A stretch of 64,000 nt of DNA, from NCBI GenBank assembly GCA_045047305.1, contig JASFYO010000036.1, forward strand, positions 14,326-78,325, read 5' to 3'. Positions 36,411-42,808 of the stretch are shown here, in pieces. Each line of letters begins with the position of its first letter. The first letter of the stretch is position 1. This stretch comes from Planctomycetota bacterium. GTDB lineage: Bacteria > Planctomycetota > UBA1135. The notes beneath the pieces were generated by a model that saw only the letters and a program-made list of their open reading frames with translations, made no database searches and was not told the origin of the DNA. Position numbers and translations under genes: made by a program.

Positions 36411-37877
36411 TCAACTGCTCACGACCGCAGCTTGCGGACGCGTCCAAGAATCCATCTTGTTTTGCATGACCGAGATGAGTTGATCGACTGCCACGCGTTC
36501 CTGCGCCATCGAATCCCGCTCACGCAGAGTGACGGTTCCATCAGTCAATGATTCACCATCGATGGTGATACAAAAAGGCGTACCAATCTCATCCTGACGG
36601 CGATAACGGCGTCCAATCGATTGATTCTCCTCGATGGCAGTGCGGAACTGCTTGCGCAACATGGCTTCGACTTCGGCTGCCTTCTCCGGCATGCCATCCT
36701 TTTTCACCAAAGGAAAAACCGCAACCGTGACTGGTGCGATTTTCGGGTGAAAGCGTAATACCACACGCTGCTCTTTGCCTTCTCCTTCTTCATCGTATGC
36801 ATCGACGAGGAAAGTCATGGCCGTACGATCGCAACCGGCAGCAGGCTCAATCACGTAAGGCGAAATGTGCTCGTTCTCTTGATTGTCAAACCAAGTTAAG
36901 GAAGTACCGCTCGCTTCCGAGTGCTTCTTCAAATCATAGTCAGTGCGATTCGCAATGCCCTCCAACTCGGACCAGCCGAATGGAAAGAGGTATTCCACAT
37001 CGCCACAGCCGGCGGCATAGTGCGCCAACTCATCTTGCTCATGCTCACGCATGCGTAACTTTTCTGGATTCACGCCAAGATCCAAGTACCACTGAAAACG
37101 TTCCTTCTGCCAATATTCATACCACTTTGGCGCTTCTTCCGGACGGCAGAAAAATTCCATCTCCATTTGCTCAAACTCACGCGTGCGAAACACAAAATTG
37201 CCCGGGGTGATTTCGTTGCGGAAACTTTTACCAATCTGCGCGATGCCGAAGGGCAGTTTCTTGCGCGTGGAAGTGACCACGTTATTGAAGTTAATGAAAA
37301 TGCCTTGGGCCGTTTCCGGGCGCAGATACGCCACCGAAGCACTGTCCTGCAACGCACCAACGTGGGTTTCAAACATCAAGTTGAACTGGCGGACATCGGT
37401 CCAATCGTCGGTGCCGGAAACCGGACACTTGATTTTCTCATCCATGATGAGCTGACGCAGGCCTTCATTGTCGGAGATGACGGCATTCAACTTGGCGGTC
37501 AAGGCCTCCACGCGATCCATCTTGCCCTTCTTGCGATACTTCTCGATCTTTTTTTCGACCAAATGATCCGCACGATAACGGGCCTTAGAGGTTTTGTTAT
37601 CAATCAGAGGGTCCGAAAAACCGCCGACGTGGCCGGAAGCGCGCCAAACATCGGGCGATTGAATGATGGCAGAGTCCAAGCCAACAACATCCTGGCGTGA
37701 GTAGACCATGGCTTCCCACCAAGCATCTTTCACGCGGCGTTTCAGCTCCACGCCCAGCGGGCCCCAATCGTACGTAGCCCCTTGTCCACCATAGATTTCC
37801 GACGCTGGGAATACGAATCCCCTGCGCTTGCACAGGGAGACAATCTTGTCCATCACATTGGGAGCGGGCTTAGCCAT
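36411..37877 (-). CDS. glyQS: Glycine--tRNA ligase, homodimeric (GlyQS) type
   Basis: The N-terminus is MDKIVSLCKRRGFVFPASEIYGGQGATYDWGPLG. Class II motifs and a C-terminal anticodon-binding domain are present. Confidence 0.9.
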   Translation of the reverse strand: MAKPAPNVMDKIVSLCKRRGFVFPASEIYGGQGATYDWGPLGVELKRRVKDAWWEAMVYSRQDVVGLDSAIIQSPDVWRASGHVGGFSDPLIDNKTSKARYRADHLVEKKIEKYRKKGKMDRVEALTAKLNAVISDNEGLRQLIMDEKIKCPVSGTDDWTDVRQFNLMFETHVGALQDSASVAYLRPETAQGIFINFNNVVTSTRKKLPFGIAQIGKSFRNEITPGNFVFRTREFEQMEMEFFCRPEEAPKWYEYWQKERFQWYLDLGVNPEKLRMREHEQDELAHYAAGCGDVEYLFPFGWSELEGIANRTDYDLKKHSEASGTSLTWFDNQENEHISPYVIEPAAGCDRTAMTFLVDAYDEEGEGKEQRVVLRFHPKIAPVTVAVFPLVKKDGMPEKAAEVEAMLRKQFRTAIEENQSIGRRYRRQDEIGTPFCITIDGESLTDGTVTLRERDSMAQERVAVDQLISVMQNKMDSWTRPQAAVVSS

Positions 37878-38289
37878 GACCGCGTGATTCTAACTGCTCC
37901 CGCAAGTCAGCAATCACACCGTCGCGGTCGTTCTCAATCCGCTGTTTTAGCTCCACGGGCACTCCAGTCTCTGGATCGTGCTTAGCCCCCCATTGTGCGA
38001 GATCAATGAGAATTGGCACTAGGTCGAGGCCCTTCCTGGTGAGCGAATAAATTTTGCGGCGGCCATCCTCAGGGTCGGCAGCACAGGCGACGATGCCTTG
38101 CTCCGTCAAACATTGCAAGCGATCGCTCAGCACATTGGTAGCAATGCCCTCACCGGAGTTTTCGAACTCTGAAAAGCGTTGCGAGCCAAACATGACCATG
38201 TCGCGGACCACTAGCATCGTCCAGCGGTCGCCGAGCAAATCGAGGCAAAACGAAATGGGACATGCGGAGCGACGATCCTGCAGCGGCAT
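37870..38289 (-). CDS. HxlR-family winged-helix transcriptional regulator
   Basis: CPISFCLDLLGDRWTMLVVRDM is the HxlR signature. The 3' end overlaps the glyQS start by 8 nt. Confidence 0.85.
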   Translation of the reverse strand: MPLQDRRSACPISFCLDLLGDRWTMLVVRDMVMFGSQRFSEFENSGEGIATNVLSDRLQCLTEQGIVACAADPEDGRRKIYSLTRKGLDLVPILIDLAQWGAKHDPETGVPVELKQRIENDRDGVIADLREQLESRGHG

Positions 38290-38311
38290 TTCATGATTCT
38301 ACCAGATTTTA

Positions 38312-38354
38312 GCTTGCACATCGCAAGCGTTTATTATAGCTTTCATATCGCAAG
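38312..38354. promoter_or_regulatory. Candidate operator in the hxlR/GST divergent region
   Basis: An inverted repeat GCTTGCacatcGCAAGC lies at 38312..38328. The octamer ATCGCAAG occurs twice (38320..38327 and 38347..38354), 27 bp apart. Confidence 0.3.
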
Positions 38355-38383
38355 TGATAATCCCTGCCCTCTGGGCCACCAAA

Positions 38384-39019
38384 ATGACACAGCTCAAGCT
38401 TTACACTCTTCCCCTTTCACCCTTCAATACCAAGGTCCGGTTGGCGCTGAAACTCAAAGGCCTGACCTACGAAGAGGTCAAATTCTCCGGCTTTGATGAC
38501 CGTGACCCAGTCGTGGAGGTCTCCGGTCAGCCACTGACTCCCGTACTCGTCGACGGCGACAAAGCCATCTACGATTCTTTCGGAATCCTGCGCTACCTCG
38601 ATGCCAACTTCCCTGGCCCGCGACTCTTTTCCTCCAACCGGGAGACCATGCAAAGGATTCAAGAGTGGGAACGCTTTGGTGCAGAGCTTGGCGGCATTAT
38701 TAGCATGGTTTTAACTCAGGCTTTCAACGACAAAATCGACGACCAAGCCACCGCACAGGCACAAGCCTTGCTTGATACTGTCCCGCAAGCTCTCGAAGAT
38801 GCGCTTGCCGATTCAGATTACCTGATGGGCGACGTCATCACCGCTGCCGACTTAACCGTGGTGCCCTTTCTTCGCTTTCCAATTTGGGATGCGGATGACG
38901 TGGATTTTCCGCTGGCTAAGTTTGTTGCCGAACGCTTGACCCTCAGCGCAAAGTTCTCCAGAGTTCATGCCTGGGTTGCACGGGTAATGGAATTGGATCG
39001 CGAAGTGGTTGCGAACTAG
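38384..39019 (+). CDS. Glutathione S-transferase family protein
   Basis: MTQLKLYTLPLSPFNTKVRLALKLKGL is a thioredoxin-like N-domain, followed by an alpha-helical C-domain. The gene is divergent from the HxlR regulator. ATG 38384 is preferred over the track start at 38354. Confidence 0.8.
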   Translation: MTQLKLYTLPLSPFNTKVRLALKLKGLTYEEVKFSGFDDRDPVVEVSGQPLTPVLVDGDKAIYDSFGILRYLDANFPGPRLFSSNRETMQRIQEWERFGAELGGIISMVLTQAFNDKIDDQATAQAQALLDTVPQALEDALADSDYLMGDVITAADLTVVPFLRFPIWDADDVDFPLAKFVAERLTLSAKFSRVHAWVARVMELDREVVAN

Positions 39020-39035
39020 AAGGCTTCACATATAC

Positions 39036-39075
39036 AACAGCCCGGCCTACCGGAATGGTGGACCGGGCTGTTTTC
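39036..39075 (+). terminator. Rho-independent terminator after the GST gene
   Basis: Stem ACAGCCCGG (39037..39045) pairs with CCGGGCTGT (39063..39071) and is followed by TTTT. Confidence 0.6.
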
Positions 39076-39166
39076 AAGCATTTGCTTTTACTGATACACA
39101 TAAATGGCTCATGAATCGACGCGTATTTTCGCTGCCCACCATCCCCCCTCATTACGCGATTAGCGA

Positions 39167-40675
39167 TTAATCTTCCAAGTGAATTTGCATATTGGAGGAG
39201 AGTGATAACTCAGTAAACACCTCTCCCCCTCCCTTTTCCAAGAAAACAGCTACTACCATTTTGTCATTAGGATTTCCCCATGGCAATGTTCCCCGGCCGA
39301 ACTCATCGCACGTTATTTCTGGATAAACACGGAACCAAGGATAATCCTGAAAGGGTTGCACCAAAACCTTGGCATTTCGCGCTACCAATCCCTCTGAATC
39401 ATAAATCTGGAACGAAATCCCAGGGTTCTCAGAACCTAACTTTCCCTCCATTATCCATTCCAACGGGACGGCTTCAGAAAAAACAATTTCATTCAGCGTC
39501 AATTCTTCTGAATAATATTCGCCAGAGGGGTGAACAATCTCAAGCAAATATCGGCTCCCGCTAGGCATTTCTGCGGCAAAGGAACCCGATTTGTCTAATT
39601 TAAAAGAAGATCGCGCCACTCTTGTTTCCACGCCGTTTGCGTCACGCTTCCCAGTTAAGGAAAATCCTTTACGATGATCATCACCAGAAAAATCACTCCC
39701 ATCATTACTCAAAAGTACGGATACGTTAACAGAATATTCAGAGGATGGGAGGGTTGAAACCACCTTGCCATGAAGCACTGGTTTCGGGGCCAACTCCAAA
39801 ACGACATCTGGTAGTGGGCCAGGACTTACATCCATTTTGAAAGAAGTTGATGAAAACCCGGCAGCGTTTACTTTCGCAATCATTATTCCAGAAACTGGGG
39901 AATCAACTTCGCAATTGCCATTCGGGCCCGAAACTGCATGAACATTTATTATGGGAAATCCGTCCTCTTCGCACAAAGATTTATATTGGGCTAGGATAGG
40001 ATCTGGATGGTTGCTCGGATATGGGGATATCCTTTTTTTATTCAGAGTTGCTACCTCATTAGTATATTTCCTCCAACCCTCCTCCGAAACAAATGACATC
40101 GATACGGAAATCTCATCTACCTTTAACTTTGTAACTGAGTTCCTCGCCGAGATTTGAAAATGAGACAAAAATGGCAATGCCAAATTTAGACTATTCCCTG
40201 TTGCAGACCAAATCAAATTTTCAACAGGGCTGGAATAAGTAGAAAACCCGTTAACAGTAGGAACCTCATAAGAAACCGACTTATCTCCGGATTTCAACAA
40301 AAAGCTTTCAACCACATTGCCTGCCTCTGGATCGTCCACAAGGACGTCCAATCTAGTTTTTACAGATTGGAGTCCTAAACTGCGAAGGGCAATCACCTTT
40401 GCCCCAGTAGCCATGTCTGTAATATTCAGTTTTAGCCTAGGAGAAAGGCTTTGCCTAATGAACTTTGCGGACAATGCTGCATCCCCATTTTCCTCAATTG
40501 ACCTTGCCCCCCCCACCAATAGATAGTCCCTCCCTTCTGAGGAAGAGTTTTCCTTCATCAACAACCAAGAAAGCAGGAACACTAAGAAAAGTATTCCTGC
40601 AATGAGTGCAGTGCGAGATGACAAGTTACGGAGCCCCACCGACTCCCGGATCTCCGACTGTGCCCTGGCTCCCAT
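39167..40675 (-). CDS. Signal-anchored beta-rich hypothetical protein, low-GC, containing an in-frame G8 tract
   Basis: The anchor is RTALIAGILFLVFLLSWLLM, followed by Ser/Asn/Val-rich beta-type sequence. The start is uncertain. ATG 40675 overlaps the upstream gene by 50 nt. GTG 40639 and TTG 40624 (1 nt after the upstream stop) are alternatives. The track start at 40735 overlaps by 110 nt. Sampled 60-nt lines are 40-52% GC against 53-60% elsewhere. Confidence 0.7.
   Translation of the reverse strand: MGARAQSEIRESVGLRNLSSRTALIAGILFLVFLLSWLLMKENSSSEGRDYLLVGGARSIEENGDAALSAKFIRQSLSPRLKLNITDMATGAKVIALRSLGLQSVKTRLDVLVDDPEAGNVVESFLLKSGDKSVSYEVPTVNGFSTYSSPVENLIWSATGNSLNLALPFLSHFQISARNSVTKLKVDEISVSMSFVSEEGWRKYTNEVATLNKKRISPYPSNHPDPILAQYKSLCEEDGFPIINVHAVSGPNGNCEVDSPVSGIMIAKVNAAGFSSTSFKMDVSPGPLPDVVLELAPKPVLHGKVVSTLPSSEYSVNVSVLLSNDGSDFSGDDHRKGFSLTGKRDANGVETRVARSSFKLDKSGSFAAEMPSGSRYLLEIVHPSGEYYSEELTLNEIVFSEAVPLEWIMEGKLGSENPGISFQIYDSEGLVARNAKVLVQPFQDYPWFRVYPEITCDEFGRGTLPWGNPNDKMVVAVFLEKGGGEVFTELSLSSNMQIHLED
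40507..40514 (-). repeat. Poly-G(8) homopolymer tract inside the CDS (codons GTG GGG GGG GCA = VGGA)
   Basis: The plus strand reads accttgCCCCCCCCaccaat. Reading through the sequence I found only two G/C runs of 8, and this is one of them. Confidence 0.9.
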
Positions 40676-41315
40676 TTCCTGCGCCACCTGTACCGGGGGT
40701 TCCAATATTTCCGGGTGCCGCCCCGTTTCCACCAACTGCTAATCCATCTCCAGCGCCAGTGAGCAAAGCGTCGCCACCATTGCCGGCACTCCCTGCGCTG
40801 CCTCCACGGCCGCCATAGTTGTTCTGCCCCTCCGAAGATGATCCCGGATCCCCATCTCCTCCATCACCCCCGGTGCCTCCGGTGCCTCCATTTCCTGCAT
40901 GGGCACATCCTTTCCCGCCGGCAGCTACGCTTGCTGCCGCATTTCCCCCATGAGCACCATGTTGGCCGGGCGCGCCATTCCCGCCGTTAAATCCAGCAGC
41001 TCCGTTTCCCCCGTCTCCCCCATTGCCGCCAAATCCTCCGATTGCATAGCCGGATTCGCCATTCTTCACAACAACGAGAGCTGGAGGCCCTCCAGTGGGT
41101 ACCCCACCTGGTCCTCCAGCCGCACCACTTGAAGAGGGGCTATTCCCAGCCCCTCCAGAATTGCCGTTACCAGGAATGTCGGAGAGAGCGTCTTGGTCGT
41201 TGTGAATAGCAGCACATTCGGCTTTGGTTAATGTATTACCAAACGGTGTTGATTGCAATCCTACCCTAAGCAAGCTGGAACCTAGAATCACGAGGGAAAG
41301 CGTAGATTTCTTCAT
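40626..41315 (-). CDS. Secreted glycine-rich (GGxGG / PGRS-like) repeat protein
   Basis: A signal peptide (MKKSTLSLVILGSSLLRVGLQ) is followed by ~170 aa of GGFGGNGGDGGNGAAGFNGGNGAPG...GNGGTGGTGGDGGDGDPG...GTPGTGGAGNGSQG. The antisense Pro-rich ORF 40606..40818 is its shadow. Confidence 0.75.
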   Translation of the reverse strand: MKKSTLSLVILGSSLLRVGLQSTPFGNTLTKAECAAIHNDQDALSDIPGNGNSGGAGNSPSSSGAAGGPGGVPTGGPPALVVVKNGESGYAIGGFGGNGGDGGNGAAGFNGGNGAPGQHGAHGGNAAASVAAGGKGCAHAGNGGTGGTGGDGGDGDPGSSSEGQNNYGGRGGSAGSAGNGGDALLTGAGDGLAVGGNGAAPGNIGTPGTGGAGNGSQGTVGDPGVGGAP

Positions 41316-41331
41316 TTCTTCATTTCTTCAT
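41308..41331 (-). repeat. Perfect 3x tandem octamer (ATGAAGAA)3 that includes the start codon of the Gly-rich gene
   Basis: The plus strand reads ttcttcat x3 at 41308-15, 41316-23 and 41324-31. On the coding strand the first two copies form ATG AAG AAA TGA mini-ORFs (MKK*). Each mini-ORF's stop overlaps the next ATG. Confidence 0.9.
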
Positions 41332-41393
41332 AATAGCGCCACTGACTTAAATCACAGTAAGGAATATGTAAAAAAGCCTCCACCCCATGATTA

Positions 41394-41775
41394 TTACGCT
41401 GTCTGCTTGCGAATGAATCGAACAAAATGGGAGTTGCAGTGAAAATATGGGCAAGAATAAAAATACGTGTAGCGTGGTAACACCAACAAAGTAGCGGGGA
41501 GAGTGAGGGTCTTACTCGATCGACTGCAACGAAACTCAGGCAACGGCCCTTCGGATGGTCTCCAGGAGAATTCCCATTCGGCATAGACCTTACTGCGGAA
41601 GTTGATTTTCACTTTAGCATCGCGCCATGCACGACCAGCAACAATGTCGATGCCATCCGCACCACCGGCGCCCCCCCCACGGCTAAACAGGTTGCAGTCA
41701 TGGACAAACTCTGACCTTAATCATGAGGCACAATTCCTGGTGGAAATACCAAATGCTCCAGCACCTCTGGATAAG
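41394..41775 (-). other. Unassigned 380-460 bp region with long open alternate frames; possible decayed or phase-off gene
   Basis: No convincing intact CDS is present. One minus frame is open from 41716 to 41394. An ATG at 41701 precedes a G8 tract and stops after 30 codons at 41609. See the findings for detail. Confidence 0.3.
41681..41688 (-). repeat. Poly-G(8) homopolymer tract, 7 codons downstream of ATG 41701
   Basis: The plus strand reads ccggcgCCCCCCCCacggc. This is the second of the two 8-nt G/C runs in the window. Confidence 0.9.
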
Positions 41776-42699
41776 TCAAAAACACCGCGACATAAGTTCC
41801 GCTGCCCTGCGGGTGCACCTCCACCCCATCGGCTGCTCTTCCCCTTGACAAATCTTGAAGCGAAAATCGTGGTAGGACATGCGGTTGTCTTGACGTAAGG
41901 AGCCGATAAAAAAACCATCCGGATAGAACTCCAACTCCTTCCATGATTGATGCAGACTCATCCCATATCCGCCCCCCAGGGCACTAGCCTCGGTGCAAAG
42001 ATTACCTCTAGGCATGCGCTCCTCCACCCATGGCGGTAAGCGATCAAGGAAATCCTTCGAACGACTGCCCCTGGCCTTGATCGTAATCAGCGCCTCGGTG
42101 GTGGAGCGGAGCAAGCTGCCGTCAGGGTGAAATAAAAGTAAGTGGATATCCTCCTCCCCCGGCATTTTCACGAAACGCTCGACGAAGGTAAACGCGCCTT
42201 GGACCTCAAACGCTTCCTCCGTGGCCGAACCTGCAACAGCATTCAGCACATAGATGCGGTACCACCCCTCCGGAAGCTGATCAATCAACAGGCGCCCGTC
42301 CACCGACTCGCCTTGATACTGTTTTTGATCTCCAGCAGTCCAGGTTTCGAATGCACCGACAGCCAAACGCCACAGCTCAATCGTCCCGGAAACGGGTAGC
42401 TGCGTCGCAGCATCGAAAAAATGCAATTCAAGCGCGCTAGAGCCCAACTCTACCGGCTCGGGCTCGGCTTCCTCCCACTCCAGGAACTCCTCCTCAGGCA
42501 GTGCCTCAATCTCCTCCTTCACCGTTTCTTGCTGACGTTCGAGTTGCGGACGACGGGCATCGGCCACCGTAGGTGCTGACTCCAGTTCCGTTGGAGCCGG
42601 GCGCTCGGCAAAAGGGGGCATCGCGGTCGCCGGTTCGTCCTTCCACATCACCACGATGAGGGCAAGCAGGACGATGATGATGACCAGAAGACGGCGCAT
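41776..42699 (-). CDS. Signal-anchored hypothetical protein with one or two beta-sandwich-like modules
   Basis: The anchor is MRRLLVIIIVLLALIVVMW, followed by a Pro/Glu-rich linker and then DGRLLIDQLPEGWYRIYVLN-type modules. The last ~15 residues (WRCTRRAAELMSRCF) look non-native. See the frameshift finding. Confidence 0.65.
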   Translation of the reverse strand: MRRLLVIIIVLLALIVVMWKDEPATAMPPFAERPAPTELESAPTVADARRPQLERQQETVKEEIEALPEEEFLEWEEAEPEPVELGSSALELHFFDAATQLPVSGTIELWRLAVGAFETWTAGDQKQYQGESVDGRLLIDQLPEGWYRIYVLNAVAGSATEEAFEVQGAFTFVERFVKMPGEEDIHLLLFHPDGSLLRSTTEALITIKARGSRSKDFLDRLPPWVEERMPRGNLCTEASALGGGYGMSLHQSWKELEFYPDGFFIGSLRQDNRMSYHDFRFKICQGEEQPMGWRCTRRAAELMSRCF

Positions 42700-42808
42700 A
42701 GGAGGGCAACGGTGGAGTTGGGATTTGGTTCAAGCCAAGGATGGAGAATGCTCTGGATTTACCCAGAAAATCGGCTGAACCGCCGCCCCACTGTACCGTT
42801 AGCCACTC

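Noticed and set aside
40606-40818. A Pro-rich 70-aa plus-strand ORF (…PPTPGSPTVPWLPFPAPPVPGVP…).
   Set aside because: It is the complement of GGN glycine codons in the Gly-rich gene. It has no start context and sits antisense within two minus-strand CDSs.
39167-41315. The Gly-rich ORF and the 522-aa ORF might be one gene split by a frameshift.
   Set aside because: The downstream ORF has its own N-terminal signal anchor right at the junction, as in all paralogs. Plausible starts lie 1 to 50 nt around the upstream stop. Two coupled genes explain the layout better than a fusion. This remains checkable with homologs.
41431-41700. GTTGCAGT occurs twice, and complementary ACTGCAAC and ATTTTCACT segments suggest a long-range RNA structure in the unassigned region.
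   Set aside because: A few 8-mer matches, direct or inverted, are expected by chance in about 460 nt. No coherent multi-helix fold could be built by eye.
42700-42808. A possible cobalamin or other riboswitch, or a Fur box, upstream of the TonB-dependent receptor.
   Set aside because: The leader is only 109 nt, too short for a cobalamin riboswitch. I could not find a B12-box-like element or a Fur-box-like palindrome. CCCCACTG alone is insufficient.
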